This document shows positions 1 through 13,000 of a DNA stretch of 64,000 bases, piece after piece. The notes below the pieces were generated by a model that saw only the letters and a program-made list of their open reading frames with translations, was not told the DNA's origin and searched no databases. Origin of the DNA: Veleropilina oligotropha (Eukaryota); NCBI GenBank assembly GCA_048128005.1, contig JBEUKZ010000093.1:62001-126000 (forward strand), read 5' to 3'. A program made the position numbers and the translations under genes. Positions within the stretch are counted from its first letter, which is position 1. Each line of letters starts with the position of its first letter.

Positions 1-367
1 TACCGTGATGCTTCATTAACAGAGGAGTCCCGATTTCGTTCATAACACTTGTTAGCGGCCATTTGCAAAGCTATCGACGGTGTCAGTAAGGCCGAGTTAT
101 TTCCGTTGACGGCCAGTTAGCCAATCAGAACAGAGGATTATGACGTCACCGTTGGTTAAGAATCCATAACCAACGGCTGAGCGGTGTTTACGGTCAGTTG
201 ACAACATGACGCCGGCCAATCAGAACAGAGAATTTGCGGCGAAATCAAGATAATATCCGTTTAACACTTTAGGGTCATAACAGAACGAGGTAGGAAATCC
301 GCGTCTGCGCCGGCCACACATGGACCACTGTCAAAGTTAGCTCACAAAGAGTCGAACCGATGATTGG

Positions 368-630
368 AAAAGGAAAGGAACGGATCGATGTTTAATGTCA
401 TTTAGATTTCCAACCATTAAGTTCAAAGCAGGACATGCCCGCATTGTCGCGGGAAGAAAGCCTGGTCGCCCGTGCATGGAAACCGCCCAATTACGGATAT
501 CGGTGATTCATAACTTGAACAAAAATGTCATGTCCAAACCAATGTTCGAACCCACTACTGTTCGTGTCAGCGAAATCAAGCCAGTGATTTTTCGGAGTCT
601 GCAACCGAAACCACACGACTGTCGAAGAGG
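368..630 (-). mobile_element. tRNA-derived SINE-like dispersed repeat (family A)
   Basis: Homologous to copies at ~20130-20355, ~20920-21180 and 37710-37975; B-box-like GGGTTCGAA on minus strand, (TTCC)-type tail. Confidence 0.65.
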
Positions 631-895
631 CCACCGATGATGGGAATCCATTCAGCGAAGACTATGCAGTCAGTAGAATTTAGAGCAAAGGTTTAACCTA
701 CTTGGACATCGTTGCTAGATGGCATGTCATGTAATATTTTAGTGTGTCGATTTACATCCCTAAAAGCATAAACGAATTTCAAAATAAGTATAGCACCATT
801 ATAAATCAACATCTGGCGAACAACGGCGAAGCTCAGTTGCGAACCATAAATCGTGGAAGGGCGTGTGCGGTACACTCTCGGTTACTTCATCATAC

Positions 896-1045
896 CTTTG
901 ACCCATGATCCAGAAAAATAGTCAGCTAGATTTCGATGCAGGATTTGGAACGTGTTTTCATCACGGCAGTAACGCGCGTTCGCTGCTTCAATAAACTGAC
1001 GATGATACCAGTTGAATAAGCGAACACCGTCTGCTCCTCGGTCGA
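896..1045 (-). CDS. NWD-like gene exon (not in ORF track)
   Basis: cag|VDRGADGVRLFNWYHRQFIEAANARY...LADYFSGSW|gtatg. Confidence 0.85.
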
Positions 1046-4000
1046 CTGAAACGGTAATAACAGCATTACGATAAAATTAAAATCGTAACTATGTAAATAT
1101 TTTATTGATGTGAAATTGTGCCATTGATAGTGGGATGTTGTACCAAATTATGGTGTTACTAATTTGGCGAAAATGGGAGTACAGACATCTGGGCTTAATA
1201 TCCTGCTTTAACAACAGTCAGGTTCATACCTCGACATTATTATTGCGAGATGAAATCCCGGTCGCCCGAAGAAAACACCCTCTCCGTCTTGATATTGACA
1301 ACTGTGACTGGTAACTGAACAAAGAATGACATTGCCCAACCGCATTGGAGAGAGCAATCAGACGACTGAAGTCGGTGTCCGCACTCTTATTGTAAAACCC
1401 GCATTGGAGAGAGCAATCAGACGACTGGAGTCGGTGCCCGCACTCTTACTGTAAAACCCGCATTGGAGAGAGCAATCAGACGACTGGAGTCGGTGCCCGC
1501 ACTCTTGCTGTAAAACCCGCATTGGAGAGAGCAATCAGACGACTGGAGTCGGTGCCCGCACTCTTACTGTAAAACCCTATACATTGGAGAGAGCAATCAG
1601 ACGACTGAAGTCGGTGCCCGCACTCTTACTGTAAAACCCGCATTGTAGAGAGCAATCAGACGACTGAAGTCGGTGCCCGCACTCTTACTGTAAAACCCGC
1701 ATTGGAGAGAGCAATCAGACGACTGGAGTCGGTGCCCGCACTCTTACTGTAAAACCCGCATTGGAGAGAGCAATCAGACGACTGAAGTCGGTGTCCGCAC
1801 TCTTACTGTAAAACCCGCATTGGAGAGAGCAATCAGACGACTGAAGTCGGTGCCCGCACTCTTACTGTAAAACCCGCATTGGAGAGAGCAATCAGACGAC
1901 TGAAGTCGGTGTCCGCACTCTTACTGTAAAACCCGCATTGGAGAGAGCAATCAGACGACTGAAGTCGGTGCCCGCACTCTTACTGTAAAACCCGCATTGG
2001 AGAGAGCAATCAGACGACTGAAGTCGGTGTCCGCACTCTTACTGTAAAACCCGCATTGGAGAGAGCAATCAGACGACTGGAGTCGGTGCCCGCACTCTTA
2101 CTGTAAAACCCGCATTGGAGAGAGCAATCAGACGACTGAAGTCGGTGCCCGCACTCTTACTGTAAAACCCGCATTGGAGAGAGCAATCAGACGACTGAAG
2201 TCGGTGTCCGCACTCTTACTGTAAAACCCGCATTGGAGAGAGCAATCAGACGACTGAAGTCGGTGCCCGCACTCTTACTGTAAAACCCGCATTGGAGAGA
2301 GCAATCAGACGACTGAAGTCGGTGCCCGCACTCTTACTGTAAAACCCGCATTGGAGAGAGCAATCAGACGACTGAAGTCGGTGTCCACACTCTTACTGTA
2401 AAACCCGCATTGGAGAGAGCAATCAGACGACTGAAGTCGGTGCCCGCACTCTTACTGTAAAACCCGCATTGGAGAGAGCAATCAGACGACTGAAGTCGGT
2501 GCCCGCACTCTTACTGTAAAACCCTACGTATTGGAGAGAGCAATCAGACGACTGAAGTCGGTGCCCGCACTCTTACTGTAAAACCCGCATTGGAGAGAGC
2601 AATCAGACGACTGAAGTCGGTGCCCGCACTCTTACTGTAAAACCCGCATTGGAGAGAGCAATCAGACGACTGAAGTCGGTGCCCGCACTCTTACTGTAAA
2701 ACCCGCATTGGAGAGAGCAATCAGACGACTGAAGTCGGTGCCCGCACTCTTACTGTAAAACCCTACGTATTGGAGAGAGCAATCAGACGACTGAAGTCGG
2801 TGTCCGCACTCTTACTGTAAAACCCTACGCATTGGAGAGAGCAATCAGACGACTGAAGTCGGTGCCCGCACTCTTACTGTAAAATCCTACGCATTGGAGA
2901 GAGCAATCAGACGACTGAAGTCGGTGTCCGCACTCTTACTGTAAAACCCTACGCATTGGAGAGAGCAATCAGACGACTGAAGTCGGTGCCCGCACTCTTA
3001 CTGTAAAACCCTACGCATTGGAGAGAGCAATCAGACGACTGAAGTCGGTGTCCGCACTCTTACTGTAAAACCCGCATTGGAGAGAGCAATCAGACGACTG
3101 AAGTCGGTGCCCGCACTCTTACTGTAAAACCCGCATTGGAGAGAGCAATCAGACGACTGAAGTCGGTGCCCGCACTCTTACTGTAAAACCCTACGCATTG
3201 GAGAGAGCAATCAGACGACTGAAGTCGGTGTCCGCACTCTTACTGTAAAACCCTACGCATTGGAGAGAGCAATCAGACGACTGAAGTCGGTGCCCGCACT
3301 CTTACTGTAAAACCCTACGCATTGGAGAGAGCAATCAGACGACTGAAGTCGGTGTCCGCACTCTTACTGTAAAACCCTACGCATTGGAGAGAGCAATCAG
3401 ATGACTGAAGTCGGTGCCCGCACTCTTACTGTAAAACCCTACGCATTGGAGAGAGCAATCAGACGACTGAAGTCGGTGTCCGCACTCTTACTGTAAAACC
3501 CGCATTGGAGAGAGCAATCAGACGACTGAAGTCGGTGCCCGCACTCTTGCTGTAAAACCCGCATTGGAGAGAGCAATCAGACGACTGAAGTCGGTGCCCG
3601 CACTCTTACTGTAAAACCCTACGCATTGGAGAGAGCAATCAGACGACTGAAGTCGGTGCCCGCACTCTTACTGTAAAACCCTACGCATTGGAGAGAGCAA
3701 TCAGACGACTGAAGTCGGTGCCCGCACTCTTACTGTAAAACCCTACGCATTGGAGAGAGCAATCAGACGACTGAAGTCGGTGCCCGCACTCTTACTGTAA
3801 AACCCGCATTGGAGAGAGCAATCAGACGACTGGAGTCGGTGCCCGCACTCTTACTGTAAAACCCTACGCATTGGAGAGAGCAATCAGACGACTGAAGTCG
3901 GTGTCCACACTCTTACTGTAAAACCCGCATTGGAGAGAGCAATCAGACGACTGAAGTCGGTGCCCGCACTCTTACTGTAAAACCCGCATTGGAGAGAGCA

Positions 4001-7000
4001 ATCAGACGACTGAAGTCGGTGTCCGCACTCTTACTGTAAAACCCTACGCATTGTAGAGAGCAATCAGACGACTGAAGTCGGTGTCCGCACTCTTACTGTA
4101 AAACCCTACGCATTGGAGAGAGCAATCAGACGACTGAAGTCGGTGTCCGCACTCTTACTGTAAAACCCTACGCATTGGAGAGAGCAATCAGACGACTGAA
4201 GTCGGTGTCCGCACTCTTACTGTAAAACCCTACGCATTGGAGAGAGCAATCAGACGACTGAAGTCGGTGTCCGCACTCTTACTGTAAAACCCTACGCATT
4301 GGAGAGAGCAATCAGACGACTGAAGTCGGTGTCCGCACTCTTACTGTAAAACCCTACGCATTGGAGAGAGCAATCAGACGACTGAAGTCGGTGTCCGCAC
4401 TCTTACTGTAAAACCCTACGCATTGGAGAGAGCAATCAGACGACTGAAGTCGGTGTCCGCACTCTTACTGTAAAACCCTACGCATTGGAGAGAGCAATCA
4501 GACGACTGAAGTCGGTGTCCGCACTCTTACTGTAAAACCCTACGCATTGGAGAGAGCAATCAGACGACTGAAGTCGGTGTCCGCACTCTTACTGTAAAAC
4601 CCTACGCATTGGAGAGAGCAATCAGACGACTGAAGTCGGTGTCCGCACTCTTACTGTAAAAGCCTACGCATTGGAGAGAGCAATCAGACGACTGAAGTCG
4701 GTGTCCGCACTCTTACTGTAAAACCCTACGCATTGGAGAGAGCAATCAGACGACTGAAGTCGGTGTCCGCACTCTTACTGTAAAACCCTACGCATTGGAG
4801 AGAGCAATCAGATGACTGAAGTCGGTGTCCGCACTCTTACTGTAAAACCCTACGCATTGGAGAGAGCAATCAGACGACTGAAGTCGGTGTCCGCACTCTT
4901 ACTGTAAAACCCTACGCATTGGAGAGAGCAATCAGACGACTGAAGTCGGTGTCCGCACTCTTACTGTAAAACCCTACGCATTGGAGAGAGCAATCAGACG
5001 ACTGAAGTCGGTGTCCGCACTCTTACTGTAAAACCCTATATAGTCAGGTCAAAATACAGTTTAACCCTCAAAAAATTGCTACAAAAGGTTTCTCAACTGA
5101 TTCTGGTAGGTTTTAGTGTACTTTATAACATACTAAAAGTTTACCAAAGTATAACCACCGGAAAAGTGTTTTTTTCAAGATGGCGTCCGAGATGGCCGCC
5201 AAAACCTCTGAATGATCATAACTCTGTAACTATCAACTCAAATTTGATGATCTTGGTGTCTATCCCTAGGTTTATGGGGGCAAAGAACACATTAAGATCA
5301 TACAAAATGATGTTGGCCTATTATGTAACACAAAAGTCCAGTATGGCGTCAAAAATGGCCGCCAACACCCCCAAATGACCGCAAGTTCATAACTATTGAC
5401 TCAAATTTGATGATCTTGATGTCTATCCCCAGGTTTTTGGGGGCAAGGAAGACATTAAGACAACTTTGGATATCACTGAGCTGTTGAATCATTATGAAAT
5501 TGAATTCATGACCTTCAGCTGTCCACTATCACCTAATGCACAAACACCTTTGTTCAGAGCGTTCAGTTTTGAGTGTCATCCTCCTCCTCAGTATCGACCT
5601 CTTGAGTGTTGTTTGGATTGTCACAGTTTTCAGTTTGGCAAGGGCCGCATACAGCAGTGCAGGGGAGTCCATAGCGTCTGCAGCAGCATCGAGAGGATTT
5701 GCATCCCCCCGAACAGTTGCAATGGATAAGTTTCAAGAGTTTGTCAGGCGCAGCATAGTTTTGGGTCATAATTGGAATTAACTGATAATTTTCCCGTTTC
5801 CATCCCCATTCACTTGGGTTCATTTCATTTGCCATCCCCATCCATACCATAATTTGAAAGTACACACGTTGGTTATGGAATCTTGTTGCAGGTGATGTTG
5901 GGGGAAGCCGTTCAGGAGTGATAAATGCTTCAGCAGTTGCCACTTCCTTGGTGAAAATGATATGGCGCAGTGATGATAGCGTATCATTAGACTTGCCACC
6001 AAAGAGATCAACCTTCAGGTCTTCGCCAAGATCTGATATGCCCTCTTGAGATTTGTTGTGAAGGATCAATGCACTAGCACAGGACTTCATGACTGGATCA
6101 GATTTCACTAATTTCCGGAAGGCTGACTTTTTTCCGATGCCGAAAATCCTTGAAGTTGAATCACAGCCTGAGTAGGCATGTACAAAGAGCAACTCGTTGC
6201 ACACATCGTCTCCTAAAGTTTCGTTCAACAGGTTAATGTTATACACTTTGTGTTCTTTTGACTGCTTGTTTGCGTCAGAACGGAAGTAGATGATCTCATT
6301 GTCTGTTCTGGAGTAATGAAGTAGCAAGATCAGCAAATCTGTATCCTCACCGACCAACGTTGTGGTGCAATGACGGGATCGTTCAACAGTTGCCTTAACG
6401 ATATCAACGTCTGCATCCCCTGGTGACTGAATGACATGGCATCCCCTTTTTAGTTAGTGCTGTGCTGATGAGAGCAATCATGTCTGCCTTGTTTTGTCAC
6501 GAGATAAAAAGTCCTCCTTTTTGCCTGAAAACTCTGTTTCTGCAGTGAAACTAACAATAGGGTGCAGGTTTTTTCCTCGTCTCTGATGTGTGTTGTCTTT
6601 TATGGAGGGACCTTCACCATAGCCATCGAACACCACTGTCGCTTGTCCGTAATGTCTCACAGTGAAGTCTGCATAAGACTCAGCTATTGAATTATATGAG
6701 TCGCCTTTCTTCCACGGTAAACGATGGAGCAAAGAGCCACCATCAAGCACGTAGCAATCTGTTTTAGGAATAGAGTTCATCACAGCCTCACTTGATAAGT
6801 CCGCAGCATGGTCTAGAATTGCCTGAGCAAGCTGAGGTTAATCTCGAGTTGGATCAAAACCTCAGAACAAGCAGCATCTCCTAGCGTCGTATCTCCGCTA
6901 AGAATGGAGGAGTACAATTCCCCGGCTTGATCCAGCAGTGTCTGAATCTCGGGATCGTCTTTGGCCATTTCCGTTATAAGCTGGCTATGTAGGCACTTGT

Positions 7001-10000
7001 CAACAAGAAGATGGCCCCGCAAAGCCCTCTGGACAGCTTTCCCTGTCATCATGTGCACAACTGCATTTTTCCATAGACAGTCTCAAGTATGTTTTTGAGA
7101 CCGGTCCCTTCCATGAGAGATCCTATGGCCGCCAGCAAGTTCATAAGTGTATGGAAACACCCCAACATCAGAACAATGCCTTTCAGGTGACTACTTTGTG
7201 GCGCATCAATGATGATTTCGGCAGCCTTCCAATACAATGGCTGGTCAAAGTTACAATGGTGGGAAGGTTGTGCTTCATGGCAAGGTTGCAAACAAAGTCT
7301 AATGTAGACACAATGCACGATTTGTCTCCAGAGTACATATTGATCATAGGCAAGAATTTGACTGACGACTGCCCAGGGTGCTGGCTCCCCTGATGCAAGA
7401 TATGCATCATCCCCTGCCAATTCGGTGTTGCCTCTTTGAAGCCGAGGGAGACTTCCCACAGAATATCGATCCTCTTGTCACAGTCAAGAAATCTCGGCAG
7501 GTCCTCGAAGACTACCTCATGACAAGCATGCCTTGCAAACCTGTACTCCAAGATAGGAATTTTTGTCTTGTTTTCAGTTTTCAATTCTGAGATCTGTCTT
7601 CGCGGAATGAGATGGTTCGTCCGTGTTCCAGGGGTGACAGAGGCAATGATACCCATTCCATGAAATGTCCCTTTGCCGTCAATAGTGATAACGTTGTGAT
7701 CAACATTATCAGCGGCAAAGAGGACAGACATATCCAGCAAATCTACATCACCACCTAGTACATCAGGTTCCACACAATCTGCTGCATTTTTTTCAAATCT
7801 GATCACTTCTGTGTATGAGCAACAGAATCCCATTTCATGAAGAGTATCCACAATGAACGTCGAACGATACAGATGATGGATTTGCACAGCAAGTCCCACT
7901 TGTAGCGGTGCAATGACAGCTCGTGCGCGAACTGCCTGAATTATGGCAGTGACCAACCTTGCGTCTTGTGTCTTTCCCAATGAACAATATTTCCAGTGCT
8001 GTCCGCTCACTAGTCAGAATGAACGATAGGGCTGAATCAAGTTTTAAATCCTCACTACTTGGATACTGATTCTTCACGGTAGAAACCTGAGATTTGATAT
8101 CACTTTTGATTAACCTAGCAGCAGTTTCAATAATAGCGCGTTTTTGGGACTCTTCATCGCCTTCCTGACACTTTTGCTTGTAGTATGATCTCAGAATCTG
8201 CGACGTTTGTTCTCTCATCGTAACAATATCGTCCAAGCCTTCTCCTTCAGAAAAATGAATTGAGTCCTTAAAGCGTTTTTTAAGGCGCTTTTTCAAACTG
8301 TAATTGTCATACGGTTCCGAATCAGGATTGCAAAGATACCCTTTCATTATGAGGCTCAAAGATGTAACAGTTAGTTGTTCCTCACTGTTCAGTTCTAGGT
8401 AAGCACACATTTTCTGAAATGCTTCATACTTATCTTCATCACGACCAGACTTTCGGCGCTTGGCATCGGGGGCATTCTGTAACTCTAAAGGCACAGACAT
8501 GAAGGACCGGAAATTTCCACTACACGAATGATGATAAGTCCGTCTGCTGCATGTAAATCTCGTAAATAGTATTCAATCCGACCCTTTACAGTAAGTCCCC
8601 AATCATCTGAACGGGATTCACAGACCTCCAAAATTGTCTCCACAAATTTGTCAGTCCGTACCCAGCTAACGTGTCCCTTGTCCAACTCAATTGTACATCC
8701 ACAGAATATGCAATCCTTTTCACTGTCAAAACCTCCACTTGATTGTATTGTGGTTCCCTTTGGTGGCACAGAACCACTACTTTTCTCTGCAACATGGCTT
8801 TTAATGTTTTTTTCATTTATGTACTGTTGACGACAGCTTTTATGCACTTTAGTACCAGCTTCAACTACAAGATCTTCCTTCCGCTTTACACTGGCTTCAT
8901 TTATTCCCTTCGCCCCTTCCACTGAATTGCAACCCAGTTATCACTGGAATCCTTCAGGTCAATATATGGAAAATGCCCCCTCAACCACAGGTAAAGTAAG
9001 TAAAAATGTAAAGGAGACTTTTCTTCCCACTTTTGTAGCATTTAGGGGGAATGATTTTAGGTTTTATTTCCATTTTAACAGATTTTATGAAGGAAAATCC
9101 TTGTTTCATGGATGATTTCATGTGTTATGTGTTACATAATTTGCCAACATCATTTTTTATGATCTTAATGTGTTATTTGCCCCCCAAAACCTATGGATAG
9201 ACACCAAAATCATCAAATTTGAGTTGATAGTTACATAGTTATGATCATTAAGACGTTTCGGCGGCCATCTTGGACGCCATCTTGAAAAAAACACTTTTCC
9301 GGGGGTCCTACTTTGGTAAACTTTTAGTATGCTATAAAGTACACTAAACCCTACCAGAATCAGTTGAGAAACCTTTTGTAGCAATTTTGGGGGGGTTGAT
9401 GGGGTATTTTCCATATTTCGACCTGACTAATATTTTAGCGTGCCTTTTATTTTGGCGAGTTTCGCGTATCAAATATTATCGCGAAAATAAAAGGCCGCGA
9501 AATATTTTATGGAATAAAGCTCAATTAACTTATGAATTAGAAATCGCTAATTTATAAACAGGCATATGAGAAATCGCTAAATTTTATGGCCGCTAAAATA
9601 TAGGGGTTCATTTGACTGCCAGAGCGGCCTACAGTGTATTTAAAATAACAGCTTACAATCGGGGAGATAATAAAGTAATTTGCATGTTCTCTCCAGTATT
9701 GTGTGCCCAAAGAGTGTATCTGTGTATCAAATCGGGTGTAATTTATTGGACCGGATAGATCGTCCAAGCCGGGCCCACCCCAAATCAAAGACAGACACGC
9801 TACTGAATAACGGAATTAACCCACCTATTACATGTGGATACATTTTTTCTGAGCAAAAGCTACAAAAAGTTGTCAACAACAGACTAATCACTGGATAAAA
9901 TGTTATTCAGTGGATATGCCAGATGCATCTTGTGAATAATAGCTTTTTCAGGGTTTTGAACAACCTAGCCCAGGCGTCTAACTGACCATGGTGGCCAGCT

Positions 10001-13000
10001 GTCATAAATGTCAGTACATGATACGTATCCAACTGACCAAGGTATTGATCCAAGTCCGCCTTTATCCGGAGGAGGATTAGCGAGGGCAATCTGCGCATGG
10101 GCGGCGTCCAGTAGTGGTATACTTCGTCCAGTACGTCATCGTCGCACGACAAAATATCCTGCAACTCACTGTCGGCAAGTCCATTCAACGCTGCAATAAA
10201 AGAAAAAAAAATCAGTATTGCAAGATCGGTTTGGGTCGATGCTTAAAGCTCCACTTTAATACCATTTGAATTTTCAGGTTCATACCACACGATGTCCCTT
10301 TTCTCGCGGAAGAACTGTTGATTTATGACGACTTTTAAGAAACATTAGGCAATATGATATAACTGCGGGTATTTCCGATTGGACAGCCGAACCTCCTAGT
10401 ATAACTTATGCATATGCTTGTAGTCAATTCGTACGCTATTCATATATGTATATTGATATCGTAATATTGATACCATAATATTGATAACTATAATTGGCTT
10501 TTGACATTCTCAGCTATGCCAATACTGTTATTGATATTGTTTTTTTGTATTTTGTTATTAGGCCAATGCAAATGTCATAACACTGTTTTGCAATTATTAT
10601 TACGTTATATATGTTATATTATACTGTATATGATATATATTATAATTATATACTGATTGTTCATCTTAAACTACAACAAGTGCTATCGAGTGCCAACACC
10701 AAAGTATATGCATTAAAAAGTGCTTTATTAAACCTACATGCAATAATCGAAAAACTTTAACCTAAAAAATGTAACTAAATTTTTTATATAAAAACATCAA
10801 TTTCACAAATTATTTATATTAAATTTTGTTCAATATCACTGCCAGGCTAGCAGCTAACATCAATATAGCCAGCAACAAAGCATAAGTGTGCAAACAAGTG
10901 CAATGATCATTGTATATACACTCTTTGAAAAACTTTAACCGAAACATTTTAACTAAATTTCTATGTCCCAAAGCACCAATTTCATGCATTATTTATATAA
11001 AATTATAATGTAAATCATTGACAGAGTATCAGGTCACATCCATATAACCATTAGTAAAGCTTGTATATGCCGAAATGTTCCTTGAGCAATCGATATACAC
11101 TCAAAATAAAAACTTTAATCAAAAACTTTTGGTTCCAACTAAAGGCTAAACATGTCTACTTTCCATCTAAATAGGTTTGATTGAGTTATTCATCCATTAA
11201 ATGCATGTAATACCTCATCCAAGAACTTTAACAAAAAGTATGACCGGACGGACGGACGGAGGCTATCCCTATACAGTATACCCCTTCGGCTTTTTCCTTC
11301 GGAAGCCGCGGGGGATAATTATATAATATTATTTTGTAGGGAGAGGGTACATTGATAAGTTCATGTAACTTTTTACCCGATCCCTTCCATTATTTTTTGG
11401 AATAAATACGTTTAAACTAAACTAAACTCAGATACAGAGAATGATAATTATTAATTACAAAACACAGCTGAAGGCAGACATTGCATCGTCTGTCTTCAAT
11501 TTAATATATACACATCATATTTCATTTTCACTTCAACTATCATAATGGTTCAACGACGCACCTGTTGTGAGATAGCCAAGTGTTCTGGACACGAGGACCT
11601 TCCCGTGCATCGTCTCCACTCGCGAGAAGAGAGCATTGATGCTGTCTCGGACCGTCGTCTGGAGCACTGTGGCATCCGGTAGAGAATAGGACTTCCAGCG
11701 GCAAGCCTCCTCGAAGGATAGCTTGAGAAACAGCGGCAAAGAACACTCTCTGAAGACCTTTACGACCATCTGCTTTTGTCGAGTCGACAGCGACCGTCCA
11801 CGTAGCGACAGCCATGAATCCAGGATGATACCAACATCGCGATCTGCCAAAACTGGCACTTCCAAAAACTGGGAACTATCTTTTATACGAGACTGAAAAC
11901 AAAAGCAGACAAATACTTCATTCTTAAAAATCTGCTAGAATTCAAATGCGGCACACAGTCGTTCTATGGTTTTGAACAAAATGAAAATGTATGTGTATAA
12001 TAAATTGCACCTGTGAGTTTTATATGATTTCAACTTTTCGAATGCCTGATGGCACTTGGTTACAATAGTAACAGTCTCTTAAAATTATTACTCAAAATAG
12101 GACATTGTATAAGTAGATATATGCCTAGGCATGAATATATGCCCAAGCATGAATAAGCTTGCATAGGATTAGAATAACAGTCCGGTCATATGTTTTCACG
12201 TAAAGATGAATTCTCGGAGCAAAAAACTAAGGGAAATGCCATTTCCCCGCACCCTAGACATTTTATTAGATTTAAAAGAGAACAATCGCATAACATCGGG
12301 GCTGCATTGCATAGTGTCAAATCGTTAATGTATGTCAATTGAACACTTTAGACATCATGCTTACTTGCAGTTTTGGAAAGCATTCATACTGCCTGCCGGG
12401 TAAGGTCGACAGTACGACCTTGACATTGCTCGGCAATTCTTCTGGCAGCCATTGGAGTTGGCGCGCGGCGCCAGCAGTATCCAACTGGTCAAGGGAATCC
12501 AGGACGAGTACCAGAGGTTTTTCTGTCGATGCCAATTCCAAAACCTTTGGAAACTTCTCTTTCAGGGCATTAAGGTCCTGGAAATTGTAATTAGGTTTAA
12601 TATAGTGCCTTTATATGTTTCCACAACAAGTAACACACATAATTCGCAATGAGATCATTGTCAAATTATTATTTCGTTTGTATAATTTATATTTCGCAAA
12701 AAGAATTGACCAAGCATTTACCAATTATCACGATACGGAGTGATAGTCAAGTGAGTTCCAGCATGACTCTTAGTTCATTCATACTTATTGAGCTCCTATA
12801 CAAGAGAGTTTACGAATACTCGGCTCGGGAACATTATGAATTTAACAGTCATAGTATTCCGTAATTGGCCGAGGTGGCCTGATTTTCCCTCGTGATACGT
12901 CAAGGTTTGACACTAAATTGGACATTAAGAAGCAATTATATCATGTAAGAATACGTTTTGAAATTATAATACAAATAAGCAATATTACATCAGGAATGGC

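Noticed and set aside
395..640. Mutually similar ORFs at 395, 20261, 20904 and 37556
   Set aside because: Antisense translations of SINE family A, not a gene family.
1341..5040. CRISPR-like array (regular repeats with a small internal hairpin cgact-ga-agtcg)
   Set aside because: No unique spacers, no cas genes, eukaryotic intron context; it is a minisatellite.
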